DNA of 63,801 nucleotides, counting the filler, from Aduncisulcus paluster (taxonomy: Eukaryota): the NCBI GenBank assembly GCA_024181965.1. It is 8 parts of 8 records of this genome, joined end to end, with 100 filler letters (N's around TTAATTAATTAA, not from the genome) between each part and the next. Parts side by side here need not be neighbours in the genome. Positions count along the whole stretch, not along the records: positions 1 to 7,425 come from BQXS01009727.1; positions 7,526 to 17,258 come from BQXS01009728.1; 6 more parts are not named here. One strand, given 5' to 3'. The notes below the pieces were generated by a model. The model did not search any database. It was given only the letters and a program-made list of their open reading frames with translations, and was not told where the DNA came from. Both the position numbers and the translations under genes were made by a program. This document shows, piece by piece, positions 1 through 11,928 of this stretch (positions are counted from its first letter, which is position 1; the number at the start of each line of letters is the position of its first letter).

Positions 1-751
1 CGTCTTTTCTCTTTTTTTCAGCGATTTTCAATTGCTCCTCTTCTTCTTTTGCTTTTTGTTTCTTTTTCTCCTCTTTTTCTCTCTGTTTTTGAGCTTCTTC
101 TTTTCTTTTGGATACTTCTAGAGGGTCATTTTCACCTTCATCCACGTGGATGCTTTCCTTATGCTTTTTGATTACTTTTTCTTTCTTCTTTTCTGGAGTT
201 TCTTTCGGTTTCTTTTTAACTCTGACCCTTTTACCACCTTTAGAAGGCTGTTTATCTGTTTTTTTGGGCTTTCCAGGTTTTTTAGTTTTTGTTCGATCAT
301 CTTTTTTCGCCTTTTCACCTTCCTTCGTGGATGCTTTTTTATCAGTGCTACGGGGCATTAAAACACTCAATTCTTCTTCTGATACTCCATCCCAGCCACT
401 CAAATGTTGGTCTTCTGCTTTTTTGGGTTCTTGAGATTCACTTTTTATAAGTGGCTTCGAGGGACTCGTTCCTGAGGTTGCTGGACGAACTTCTCGATGA
501 CGTGTCGATGCTCCAGAGGAAGAAGTTGGAGGAGATTTGGCTTTTGAGGATCCTTTTTGATAGGCTCCACCAAGGCCCAGGAGAGCTCGCCTCATGGGGG
601 CAACTTGATCATTTGCATATGGACTGTCCACAACAGGTGTGGGATTAGTAGATTCAGTTGCGGTCCCAGATGTTTTGGGTCGTTTACGACCAAGGGTTGG
701 AAACTTGGGAGCAACCAACGATGATAACGTCATTTGAGAGGGTTTTGGCAT
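1..751 (-). CDS. Lys/Glu-rich hypothetical protein, 3' end outside window
   Basis: Open frame from ATG at 751 (MPKPSQMTLSSLVAPKFPTLGRKRPK...) runs to the window edge. It is absent from the ORF track because it has no stop in the window. Confidence 0.7.
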   Translation of the reverse strand, partial: MPKPSQMTLSSLVAPKFPTLGRKRPKTSGTATESTNPTPVVDSPYANDQVAPMRRALLGLGGAYQKGSSKAKSPPTSSSGASTRHREVRPATSGTSPSKPLIKSESQEPKKAEDQHLSGWDGVSEEELSVLMPRSTDKKASTKEGEKAKKDDRTKTKKPGKPKKTDKQPSKGGKRVRVKKKPKETPEKKKEKVIKKHKESIHVDEGENDPLEVSKRKEEAQKQREKEEKKKQKAKEEEEQLKIAEKKRKD

Positions 752-1175
752 TATTGATCCTTTGTTATGGTTTAAAGTAATATAAGGAATAAAAAAAAGA
801 TGTTATAAATTTACCTAGCAAGGAAAATGACTGGTTTTTGGCTTGCGATTTTGCAGGGGCCATTCGGAATAAAAGAGAAAATATTAAGATAGTAATTTGA
901 ATTATACTAACAAATAAAGTTACTTTTCCCGCATTTTTTATTTCCAACTCCCTTCAAATCTCCCCCAACAAAACTCACTGAGTCATTCGCTTGATTACTA
1001 ATGATATCGTGTTTTATACTTTTGATTATGATGTGATTTTCTCTCTTTTTTGTTTTTTGCTGCATTATTAATAATAATTAATAGAAATAAATGTTTGAGC
1101 TTGACCTCATCAAATCGAATCCACATTCATTCACTTGTTTTCTACTTGTCAGCCCCTCCTACAAATTATTTCAAA

Positions 1176-2381
1176 ATGATTGATCTGTTGGAGGATCATG
1201 GGAGTGATTCAATTGAAAACAACGATCAAAAGTTGGATCTGGCCCTTGGAAATGACGGGTATCAGCGGTTGTTTTCTGATGGTGATAACGATGAATTTAA
1301 GACAGGTCCTGAACAAAAAAAGACGGTCGATATTGTTTTGGTTACTGTTTATCTTGTATCAGCAACAGCCATGCCTTTAATGAATTACTATGTTTTTACC
1401 GAACAATTTGAATATCCGATTCTTTCTACAGCTGTGCAGTTATTTATCACTGCTATTATCATGTTTTTTTGGAATATTTCGTTTCATTTTCGATGTGTCA
1501 AAGAGCACATCCCTCACACTTGGATATTTGAGAAAATATGGTGGAAAATGTACGTTTTCTGTTGTTTCTTTTGTGTTGTCTAATTTTCTTTTTTTTAGTG
1601 CACATTGACTCCTTTTTTTTATTTTTCTTTATCTCTCAATTATAGTCTCTGTTTATTGCCAGCCACCATTGTGTTCACTCTTGATATCTCTCTGAATAAT
1701 TGTGGTCTTGCGAAGTGTGGAGTCAGTATTCACGTTCTCATAAAGGCAACTGGGATTATTTGGAATGTTCTTTTCTCTGCCATTTTCAAAATGGATTTCC
1801 CAAATAAGTTTGGTTGTATTTGTTGTGTTATTCTAGTTGTTGGAGGAGCTATGGTCTTTGGGGAGGCTCTTTATTTGTATGGTTGGGGCAGTGAAACTTC
1901 AGTTGGAGTTTTACTTACCTTTTCAGCCTCTATTCTTGGTGGATTGTACACAGTTCTCATTTCTCGATCGATGAAACGTTTGAAATTGAACTTTTCTTTG
2001 CCCATGCATCCAACAGAAACCACTTGTATTAACATTGGGATGATGTCTCTAATTATGTTTATGTTTGACCCACTTGTGGAACCACATGCTTACTATGATC
2101 TGTTTCACATTGATGATGGGGCTATTCTCCTCTCCTTGTTCGGTGGTGTTGTGCTCACCGCTTGTATGAAGCTCACAATGATCTGGATTGTCTCAAGAAA
2201 CACTCCTATTGGTATGGGAGTAATTAGTCAAACCAAGCTCGCACCCCAAGTCCTCCTTGATATTTTCTGTTTTCACAAATATCCCATCAATTTTTTCATG
2301 ATTCTTGGAACAATTATTATTTGTGTGGGTGCCATAATGTATGGGTTTGAAATGAATCGGAAAAAGAAGAGCAAGAAATAG
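1176..2381 (+). CDS. SLC35/TPT-family nucleotide-sugar transporter-like protein, 2 exons (1176-1549, 1646-2381)
   Basis: Removing intron 1550-1645 (GTACGT...TATAG, pyrimidine-rich) joins the two ORFs in frame (WWKI-LCLLP). Multi-TM DMT pattern with FEYPILSTAVQLF and DISLNNCGL motifs. Confidence 0.8.
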
Positions 2382-3121
2382 TTTCGAGTTTTCTGCTCCT
2401 TCAAGGGGAGTACCATTGCATGTTTTAGTGTTTTTATAATAATAGAATAGAATTATCTCTTTTTCTTTTGACTTATTATTGTTCTTGTTCGTTATTCTTT
2501 CATTTTTCACAGTTTTTCTTACCACAAGGTAATTCATTATTGTTTGGGAAATCGGCGATCATTCTAATCGAATGAATAAATTAAATATGTAATATACGGC
2601 TTATGATGATCTAATTTGAACTTTTTAACGATGACTTTGAAAGTCCGATCGGAAACAAAAAATCATAATAATCCGGCATATTGGAACGAATTCTAATGCA
2701 TAAAAATCATATTTGAGATGTTTAGATCCATTGTAGGATAATCATTATACCTCTAACTATCCCGATTGTAGTCAAAGACTCGCATCGCTCGAATACTATT
2801 CGAATAGTCACTATTGTACTACTGAGTAGTACTATTCAATATTGAGTCAAAGTTTGACTCAAATATTTTTCGGAAAAACCCTAATTGTCTATCGATTGAA
2901 TCGATATGCTGAAATTTATTTAGGAACGACATTAGTAATCTATGATAAAGTATTACCGAAAAAAGAACTTGAGTTCAAAATATATAGGAAACACCATATA
3001 AATTCCTTATAAGAATAAGATTTTAAGGGATAACTAATACTACAAATTAAAAATCACAAGACAGTTAAAAAATCCAACTATACTATACTGTACTGATCAA
3101 ACGATATTATAGGTGTTTCAA

Positions 3122-4339
3122 TTAGTGTAGATCTTCCTGATAGGACTCAATTAAGGACTTCTTGTCTTCAGGTTCCTTTTCGACGAGATAATTGAAAAGT
3201 CCTTCGTGTTTGACGATCTGATTGTATACGAGAGTACCGTAGGTGATCAAAATGAATCCAGCGGCTTCGAGGAAGGACCACCATGTGAGTTTCTCTCCAA
3301 GAGCAGAGTTGTGGAGGGTGTAACCCATAATGACACTGATAATCCATACAAGCACACTCCTTAGAGCTTCGAGAAGAGTTCTGTGCACACAAGTGGTGAT
3401 AGCGGTCACATTCTGCCCAGCGACATTGTAGATGACAATAGAAACAATGAAGGCAAAAGTGGGGACGAGAATGAAGGGGTTGTTTCCAATCATGATAAAG
3501 GACTCGAAGAAATCTTCCTCGTGACCATTATCGTTTCCTGGAATAAGCCATAACAAGGGAACAACAATCAGCAGGGTTAAGATCATACCGTAAACACCTT
3601 CAAAACCAACGGTTTGGTTTGGAGAGGCGTTCATGTTGGCCATAACATGTTCTTCAACACAAAACTGCCCGGCATAGACAACTTGCCCAAGCACAATGAG
3701 CACCATTCCGAGAATTTGTTGTCCAACAGAGCCAGTAGTTTGTTCATCGTCATCAGCGGTAAAGGCACCAGTCATGGCCACACAAATCAGTCCAAGAGTA
3801 GCTATTCCAATAGCGTACCATTCATAACCCTTCAGACGCTTCTTGAGGAAAATGATAGAGAGAAGAGCAGTGAAAATAATAATGGATCCAGAAAGAAGTT
3901 GGAAAATAGAGGGAGAAACACCCATGGCAAATCCAACGTTTCCAAGACCGGTTCCAAGAAGATCAAAGACAGAAGAAGGAACGAAAACCCACCAAGGAGC
4001 TGGATCATCAAGATTCTGCTCCTTTTCTTTTTTGGATGCGGGAACGGGTTTATCATCTCCAAGATGTTGAGAACTATCGACAATTTCTTCACGCTTCACC
4101 TTTTCTTGCCTCAATTTTTTGATCTGAACACGTTCATAAATAAACATAAACATGCTCAAACTCATACCGACAAACATGGCTAGATTCCAATATGTAAAAG
4201 GTTTCGACGACATATATTTAACAGTATGTCCGTCTCTTCCTATGGCAGATAACGAATACTCCCACTGTGTAATAATGGTATTGGCAGCACCAAAGATTAG
4301 TAACCCGGCTGAACATATGATCAATCTATTAGGACTCAT
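3122..4339 (-). CDS. SLC35F6-like DMT/EamA-fold membrane transporter
   Basis: About 10 hydrophobic segments. Motifs SIFQLLSGSIIIFTALLS, QFCVEE, VGFEGVYG and HRTLLEALRSVLVW are typical of SLC35F6-like proteins. Likely start MSPNRL. Confidence 0.8.
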   Translation of the reverse strand: MSPNRLIICSAGLLIFGAANTIITQWEYSLSAIGRDGHTVKYMSSKPFTYWNLAMFVGMSLSMFMFIYERVQIKKLRQEKVKREEIVDSSQHLGDDKPVPASKKEKEQNLDDPAPWWVFVPSSVFDLLGTGLGNVGFAMGVSPSIFQLLSGSIIIFTALLSIIFLKKRLKGYEWYAIGIATLGLICVAMTGAFTADDDEQTTGSVGQQILGMVLIVLGQVVYAGQFCVEEHVMANMNASPNQTVGFEGVYGMILTLLIVVPLLWLIPGNDNGHEEDFFESFIMIGNNPFILVPTFAFIVSIVIYNVAGQNVTAITTCVHRTLLEALRSVLVWIISVIMGYTLHNSALGEKLTWWSFLEAAGFILITYGTLVYNQIVKHEGLFNYLVEKEPEDKKSLIESYQEDLH

Positions 4340-4865
4340 GTTTTGACGGAGTGAAGTGAACAAAACCTTACAGAAGAAATGATTGGAAATTTCTCTATTC
4401 ATCATTAGCAAGGTGCTTTGGCAGAGGAATGGAGATGAAATTTCAAATAAAACGCATTATTCTATGGAATAAAAAATTAAAAACACAAAAATATGCAAAT
4501 TCTTTGGATTTCCAGAAATCGTCATTATCATTCAATTCCGAGAAAAAAAAGGAACAAATGAAGTGCAAAATATAAGTAATTATCATATTATAGAAAATTT
4601 ACTGGGTTATGCAATATTTATTGTATCATATCTATTGGTTAGATCGAAATTTGTAGAAACTTGCTACATGATTTGCAATCTCATTATTGAATTATGTTTG
4701 ACATAAACCGAAATACGGATTGGTCATTTCCAACATGAGAAAAATAAAAAATTTCATTGTTATTACATGCGTGAATGATTCATTCAGAATGAATGCATGA
4801 AATAAAGGACTCAAGCAAAAAAAGGATATAATATATGATTGTTGAGAATACTAGGCTTTGATTAT

Positions 4866-6071
4866 TCACATTCCACTCTCTTCATTCTGCATATTGATCT
4901 GAACTTCTTGCAGAGCTAAATTATCCATACAGATATCTGTGAGGATCTCATCGTCGTCAACCACCAATCGAGGAGCATTGGATATTTCCTCTTCAATCGG
5001 AGGTTGTGCACTCACGGTCTTACTGGCTGCAAGAAGAGCATCGCCGAGGCCAACGGAGGAGGAGGAGGAAGAGGAAGAAGAGGAGGAGGAGGAAGAAGAG
5101 GAGGAAGAGGAAGAAGAGGAAGAAGAAGAGGGAGAACTGTTTTCATCATCATTTTCACTTGTTTCGTCTTTTTTATCTTCTTTCTTTATACTCTTGGAAC
5201 TTGAAACAGAAGACTCTTTTCCATTGCCACTGGATTCTGGATAATCTGAAATAATATCGTCAGAAGAGGTCTGGGCTGAAGAAGAGGTCTGGGCTGAAGA
5301 AGAGGAACCACGAATATGCGAAGAGGATTCGTCTAAATCGGAGAGTCCTCTTGATGAGTGATCTGTTTCTTCTTCCTCCTCTTCTTCCGATTGGTTGGCA
5401 CCTTCAACTTTGACTTCAACTTTGGAAAGAGAGGTTTTTCGTTTGTCGACTTGAGAATGATTCTTCTCGTATTCTGTGATATATGCTGATATTGACTTTA
5501 AAGATACGCCATCTTCATCGTTTTCCTCCTCTTTTACCTTCTTTGATGATGATTCTTGCGTTGAAGATTGAGTGGTATTTGAATACTTATCAGAAGTAAT
5601 ATCTGTAGAAGCTGAAGAAGAAGCTGAATCGTCTTCACTTTCTTTTGCGAGATCTTCGTGTTTGCAGGGGGGTTTCTGTTTTTTATCAATTTTTTCTGAT
5701 TCTTTCCTCTTATTTTTAATAAAAGAATGGACATCTGGGCCAATTCCGCTACTATAGAGAATCTGTCCTGATGAAGTGCGTTGGTGTCGTTTATCGTGCT
5801 CTTCCTCACTTTCAGACAACAATTCTTCGTCGATATGAACTTTTGCTGAAGTGTTTGGCAAAGATAGGGATATTGATTGGGCTGCATGCGAACGGCGTTT
5901 TGAACGGCCCTTATCACGATCAAGAGAATCATCATCTTTATCAGAATTTGATTCCCTTACAGTCCTTCTTTTTCCTTTTTGCAGGATTTTTATGGTGATT
6001 TCACCTCTTTTATGCTTTGGTATAACAACACGAATTTCCATGTTTGAACTTTCACTTATTTCTTCGGACAT
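4866..6071 (-). CDS. Ser/Glu-rich low-complexity hypothetical protein
   Basis: 401-aa ATG-initiated ORF with a poly-Ser tract; no recognisable domain. Confidence 0.65.
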   Translation of the reverse strand: MSEEISESSNMEIRVVIPKHKRGEITIKILQKGKRRTVRESNSDKDDDSLDRDKGRSKRRSHAAQSISLSLPNTSAKVHIDEELLSESEEEHDKRHQRTSSGQILYSSGIGPDVHSFIKNKRKESEKIDKKQKPPCKHEDLAKESEDDSASSSASTDITSDKYSNTTQSSTQESSSKKVKEEENDEDGVSLKSISAYITEYEKNHSQVDKRKTSLSKVEVKVEGANQSEEEEEEETDHSSRGLSDLDESSSHIRGSSSSAQTSSSAQTSSDDIISDYPESSGNGKESSVSSSKSIKKEDKKDETSENDDENSSPSSSSSSSSSSSSSSSSSSSSSSSSSVGLGDALLAASKTVSAQPPIEEEISNAPRLVVDDDEILTDICMDNLALQEVQINMQNEESGM

Positions 6072-6543
6072 TATTTATGATCAAAACCTCTGGCTAAATG
6101 TTTATAATCTATTCATAAGAAGTAAATAAAAAAACATTTTGTGAACTCATTCAAAATAATATGATTTAAAAAAAATATCAAAAGATTAATACCTACGATA
6201 AAGAAAAATTATAAAATAAGCCAAACTGGGCTAAATAATACCGGTGAATGATCCCAAAATCATTAATCGTTTCTCCCTTTTGACACTTTGAGAAAATACT
6301 GTTTTTATGATATGGATAATGTAAAACACTGCATGATATAAAAGTAAATGATACATTCTGTTCGATATTCGATGATTGTTTGGCTTTGATTTCTAATAAT
6401 GTTGGGAATATGGAGAAAATTTGGAGATACTTATCATGGAAAGTAATAAAGTATTAAGTATGTACTTTGGCGCGGTTAATATAACATTTTACACAAAAAT
6501 TGGAGAGATGGCATAAAACGGTGGATTTTGATTACATTGGATA

Positions 6544-7425
6544 ATGCATCTCCAATATCTTCCTGAAGACACGATTTCTGATATTGAATGGGATAAATCT
6601 GGCAGGTATTTAGCCGTGTCATCCTGGGATAAAGTATGTTGTCGTTGGTTTCTTCTTTTCTCGGTTTTTGTGATTTTTATTGATCTATTTTTATTATAAT
6701 TTTTGATAAAATTGTTTAGACAATATCAGTTTATGATACATATACAGGGGATTTAGTACATAGAGATACTTTGTCGAATCCTTCCTTAACGTGTTGTTTT
6801 ATCGGAGAAAATAGTAATTTTGCAGTAGTTTCTTCTTCATCCACAGAATTATATCATTCTAGTATCGATCGAGGTAAAAAGATTCTTTTGGGTTCCCATG
6901 AAGATGTTATTTCTCGTGTTGTGTCTGTTGACTCTAGCAAAAGTGAATTAATAAGCGCGAGCATTGATGGAAATGTTAAATTATGGGATATTCGAAGATA
7001 TACAACCCCATCTTTTTCTTTCAAATTCCCTTCTCCTGGGCAAAATATTATCGATATGTCCACTCATGGTAACAAGTTATACATGATTACTTCACACCGT
7101 TGTTTCATTACAGCTGATATTCGGAATCTTTCCAAACCATTTCACTGTTCTGAGAGTTGTTTGAGGCATCAAGCGACCTGTATGAGTGTGGCAGGAAATG
7201 GATCAAGATATGCGTGTGGGTCTGTTGAAGGGCGAGTAGGGATCATTGATTTTGACAAGGATGGTATAGAACATGGAGATAGCAAGCATCGAACCTGTTT
7301 CAGAGCACACATGAATCCTGATGCTTGTATTGTTCAGTCTGTGGCTCTCAATCATAGCGGAACAACGTTGTTGACCGGTGCTTCGGACGGAGTTAATTTG
7401 ATTAATATCGAGCAAGAGTCTCTTG
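6544..7425 (+). CDS. Bub3/Rae1-like WD40 protein, 2 exons (6544-6633, 6720->7425), truncated by contig end
   Basis: Exon 1 MHLQYLPEDTISDIEWDKSGRYLAVSSWDK; intron 6634-6719 GTATGT...TTTAG (phase 0). Exon 2 has SASIDGNVKLWDIR, ESCLRHQATC and GSVEGRV, signatures of the Bub3/Rae1 family. Confidence 0.8.
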
Positions 7426-7525
7426 NNNNNNNNNNNNNNNNNNNNNNNNNNNNNNNNNNNNNNNNNNNNTTAATTAATTAANNNNNNNNNNNNNNNNNNN
7501 NNNNNNNNNNNNNNNNNNNNNNNNN
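7426..7525. other. Artificial contig spacer (44N-TTAATTAATTAA-44N)
   Basis: The same six-frame-stop linker also occurs at 17259-17358, 29973-30072, 37995-38094, 44868-44967, 52903-53002 and 56049-56148. Confidence 0.97.
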
Positions 7526-8601
7526 GGGTGAGAAATGAGAAACTTGTTGAGAGAATTTGTGAGATGAAATCTGTTGATTTGTTGAGGAAATCGTTTTCAA
7601 CATGGAAACAGGGTTATCTCCGTTGTAAACTTGAGAATTTATGCCAGTCTATCGAACATAAGCATGAGATTCAGGGTGAAATTGATGAGAAATGGAAGGT
7701 TGAGGATGAACTCAGTCGTCAAAAAGTATCTCTGGAAACGGAATATAAACAACTGAAGGCAGAATTGGGACAAAAACATGAAGAAACATCTAATTTACAA
7801 GAAAAGGGGAAAACGGTTTCACTTTCTGTGGCTCAGTTGGAAGAAAAACTCAAAATCCTTGATGATTCACTCTCGACATTTTCGGCACAAACGGAAGAAT
7901 TTACGACCAAAATCGAACAACAAAACGTCGCCAACCGACAATCCGATATTCATTTCCGTAATTTGATGGCCACGTGGAAGAAAGTTGAGTGTGATCTCAT
8001 CAAGGAGAAAGATCGATGTGAAAACACTTTATTGGAATCAAAAGTTGCTCATTTGTCACTACAAGGTGAAGAAGCAGCCCTCAAACGTGACTTGGATGGA
8101 TTTCATTCAGAAATATGCTCCCTTTCCGAGCAGAAAGAGAAGCATTTGTCATTCACTCGTGATGCCCAAAAGAAATCAATTTCCATGGCTTCAGATCTGA
8201 GAAAACAGAAAGAACAACGTGTTAAACGTTTGCTATATTTAGATACAGAATTGAGAAAGAAGGATGAAGAAGTGAAGATTCTTAGGTCAATGCTTAAAAA
8301 ACAGGAGGTGAAAGAAGCCAAAACGAAAGAAAGAGTTCACACGGAAACACGTGCTGAAAGACATTCAAGAAGAAAAATAATGACTCTTCGTTGTGAAAAG
8401 GAGTTGTTAAGTCGGAAAGACCCGGAAGAAAATGAGATTTTTTCTTCGAGTCCAAGAACTGCTCATAAAGAACGATTCATCCATAAATTTGATTCAAAGA
8501 CCTTCAAAAGTGAGCGTAAAAGCACCGATTTTGATGATCCAATCCAGAGAAGCATTGATAATCTTCATAAAAAACTTCTTGGGACCCTGATCGTTGAATG
8601 A
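7526..8601 (+). CDS. Coiled-coil protein, 5' partial
   Basis: 357-aa E/K/L/Q-rich heptad ORF starting at the contig edge. Confidence 0.7.
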
Positions 8602-8980
8602 TGTCAGAATCACGGATAATGAGAATTTTTAAAAAAATATGCATAATTTTGGTTTTAATAAAGATTATTTTGTATATATTCAATTTATTTGACCTCATTG
8701 CCTTGTAAATCGTTGTAGAAAATATTGCCTGCGTATACCGTGAAATATTCAAAGCCAATAAAATAATTTGCATAATTTTAATTAATATTTCAAATAGTAA
8801 CAAAATTTATTTGTTAAATCTGCCTCAACGCAAGTAATTTTTAAAATTTAGTCGAAGGTGCAAAATTTTCTCTTTGTCTAACGATTAGAAATATTCATTT
8901 GTGATATTTCCATATATTTATATATTTTATAAGCCTCTTTCATTAAAAACTTTCTTAAAGTATAAAAATTCAATCATCCA

Positions 8981-10273
8981 ATGAGTCTAAGACCAACTAC
9001 TGTTTCGCACAAAGCCCGCCACCGTCCTCCATCCTTCGCTCGTCCTCGTACTGTTGGAAATGTTGAGGATTTATGGGATTTGGATGATCCTATGCTCGAT
9101 CAATACATGGACAAACCTCCCAGGAGGGCTCCCGAAAAGGGGTTTTCTGACACTTATAAAAAGCATTATGATGCTGTCAAACGTGAAACCATTGGTAAAA
9201 GAAACAAATTATTGATCAGAGATGGGAGAATAATCGGTATTAAACACACTCCTGGAGATGATAAATGTGAGTGTCTCACCTGTGCTACTGCAAGATTAAG
9301 AGCATTACAAAAGGCTAAAAAAATGCTTGGTGATCCTGCCGAAAAAGAATATGCTGCTTATCTCAAAGATCGTGTCAAGGCTCAAGAAATTGAGGAAAGA
9401 AACGCTGCTATGCAACGTCGTGCTGCCACTAAAGAAGTCAAGGATGACAATAAGAAGCATCTTACCGATCTCGAGAAGCGTCGTGCTGACTTGAAGAAGA
9501 AAGGAGTTTTATCGGCCCACCACTATCCTTTGGGTAATATTTTCGAGAAAGCTGAGAAGAAAGGAGTTGTTGACTATGCCAAGAGAAAGAAGGAGTTTAG
9601 AGATGGATTGAATGCTCAGCTTGATCAACAAAGGAGAACCTACGAAAGTGAGAGAGCTGCTGATCTTGCTTATGGTAGACAAAAGGCCAAAGAAGCCTAT
9701 GCTGCTCTTGAGAAACAAGCCATTGATGATGCTGCAAAAGATGCTGCCCAAAAACGTGCCATGAGAGAGCTTTTGAGTGAACAAATCGCTGCTGGGCATT
9801 ACTCCATTCCAAAGATTCAACCTATGTCTGACGTATTCTCTGGGAGAAAAGATATCGATTTGGCTAAACTTCGGCGTGAAAGACAACAAATTGAGAGGGA
9901 AAACGCTATGGCCAGCCGTCAAGCTAGGCGTCGTGCAGCAAGTCGTCATCAGGAACTTGCTGATGCTGAAATGCGGGTTGCCAAAGAAAATGCCGAAATC
10001 ATGAGGAAAGAGAAAGAAGAATTTGCCCGTAAGAAGAAAGAATTGGCTAAGACTATCACTTCGCAACTCCAGGAACAAATCAGAACCAAACAAGCCATTG
10101 AAGCCAAGGAAAGGGAAGAATTTGATCCATCCTGCACCAGTGCTCAGACTGATACAATGAAGAAGGAAGCTGGGCTTATTCCAAGAGATATTTACAATTG
10201 TTACAAGTGTGGTGTGGAAGTCACCCCAGCTAATGCCTATACCCTCCCTCCATATGCCTTTGAGAAACGTTAA
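8981..10273 (+). CDS. Coiled-coil protein (possibly flagellar/microtubule-associated)
   Basis: 430-aa ORF with long A/E/K/R helices, repeated L-x-x-Q-I/L motifs and CxCxxC/CxxC pairs. The function is inference. Confidence 0.7.
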   Translation: MSLRPTTVSHKARHRPPSFARPRTVGNVEDLWDLDDPMLDQYMDKPPRRAPEKGFSDTYKKHYDAVKRETIGKRNKLLIRDGRIIGIKHTPGDDKCECLTCATARLRALQKAKKMLGDPAEKEYAAYLKDRVKAQEIEERNAAMQRRAATKEVKDDNKKHLTDLEKRRADLKKKGVLSAHHYPLGNIFEKAEKKGVVDYAKRKKEFRDGLNAQLDQQRRTYESERAADLAYGRQKAKEAYAALEKQAIDDAAKDAAQKRAMRELLSEQIAAGHYSIPKIQPMSDVFSGRKDIDLAKLRRERQQIERENAMASRQARRRAASRHQELADAEMRVAKENAEIMRKEKEEFARKKKELAKTITSQLQEQIRTKQAIEAKEREEFDPSCTSAQTDTMKKEAGLIPRDIYNCYKCGVEVTPANAYTLPPYAFEKR

Positions 10274-10743
10274 TCATGTCAATTCACCTTTTTCTTTATT
10301 GAAGATTCCAGATATCTTCATTATTTCCCTTTCTATTGTTTTTTCTTATTTGGACTGAAACTCATGAGCCAAAAATCTATCCTCAATGATTTGGAGTGTA
10401 TCTAATCTTAAGGGTGCTACTTTTTATTAAATAAACGTGTTTATTTCAATTACAACACTTTGAGAGCGACGATGCTTTGTCGCCATCTGGAAAAAAAAAA
10501 ATTCGTTGCATGATTTTCTGAGACTTTTGATAGGAGAGAAATATGATAGAACTGAAATCAAAACTCAATACGAGCTTAAACGCTCAAATGTCCTACATCC
10601 TGAAAAAAACTTATTACATCATAAAATAAAAATAAATTTGACTATATAATCCATATAATTAAATATTAATGCACCATAGAAAAATATATAATATAGTATG
10701 AATCTCTAGAACCAAATTGCTTTTTTTTTTGATTTGCACAGTA

Positions 10744-11169
10744 ATGGCTGATACCCCAATTGCTTCAGAAGGTGAAATAGGAGAAATTCTTGAAGAAAAA
10801 GTTGAACTTCCTTCAGAATTTGACATAATAACAGAAATATCAGACCCCATTACAATGCATGGGTTAATACAAAACAAGAAGCATGTCGTATTGTTATTAA
10901 TTGCTTCATATTGTGGACCATCCAAAAAATTAATTGAGGATCTCCCAGACTTATTGGGCGAAATAGAAAAAGCTGAACAAGAGATTTATTTCGGAATAAT
11001 GTCGATTGATCTTTTGCCTCCTGCTGCCATTAGATTCAGTGTTCGGGATACGCCTTCATATGTTTTCTTTAAGAATGGCGTTGAACATAACGATTTACGG
11101 TTTTCAGGGTTTAACATGGCTAAATTGAGCGAGTGCTGTGAAGATTTGCTTAGATTACCGGATGAATAG
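10744..11169 (+). CDS. Thioredoxin-fold protein with CxxS site (start uncertain)
   Basis: VVLLLIASYCGPSKKL, then RFSVRDTPSYVFFKNG (cis-Pro region) typical of thioredoxins. Confidence 0.7.
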   Translation: MADTPIASEGEIGEILEEKVELPSEFDIITEISDPITMHGLIQNKKHVVLLLIASYCGPSKKLIEDLPDLLGEIEKAEQEIYFGIMSIDLLPPAAIRFSVRDTPSYVFFKNGVEHNDLRFSGFNMAKLSECCEDLLRLPDE

Positions 11170-11415
11170 ATTAAATCTATTAGATTTACTCATTTTCTAT
11201 CAACAAAGAACATACTTATCAAAGAAATTATTATCAAAAAGTGACAAAAACTATTATTTTTGTTTTTATTCGATCCTGATGAGAATATAACCCGTACCGA
11301 ATTGAAAAACAAAAATAAAAATCCAAATATCAAACTGACAAACAAAAAGAATATAATATTATTATTAATATAACAAAATAACGAAATAAAATAAGAAAAA
11401 ATAACAAAAAATTTC

Positions 11416-11893
11416 TCATTTTCCCTGGAGTTCTTTAACAATATCCCGAGTTGTATTTGGGAACATGGAAGCAACTTTCAATCCCCGTCTAATATCGACC
11501 CCCCTTGTTGAAATATTGAGAACTACCTTGTTCCGGACATTACCTTCGGTTAAATATTCAACACAAACGGCCTTTTCTTTCGATATCGTTCGACCTTTCC
11601 AATCTTCCTCAGTTCCCATGTCTATTTTTAGAATAGCTGAGAAAGGAAATGAAGGAAGCTCGTGATTACGAGATGCCAAAGGTTTCAATCGAACATACGG
11701 TTCAGTACCTGAAAAATCAAACACGAGATTTGAAGTGACAAAAGTTGCCTTTAACAGAGTAAAAGCTAATATTTTCCTCGATTTCAGACAAATATCAATA
11801 AAAGTTACGAGAAATGAATGTTCTTCTGTTGTCATTTTTCTTTTTTGCTCTTCTAAATAAGGGAAAACAATCTCCTCTTCCTCTTCCTCCTCC

Positions 11894-11928
<35 letters not shown>

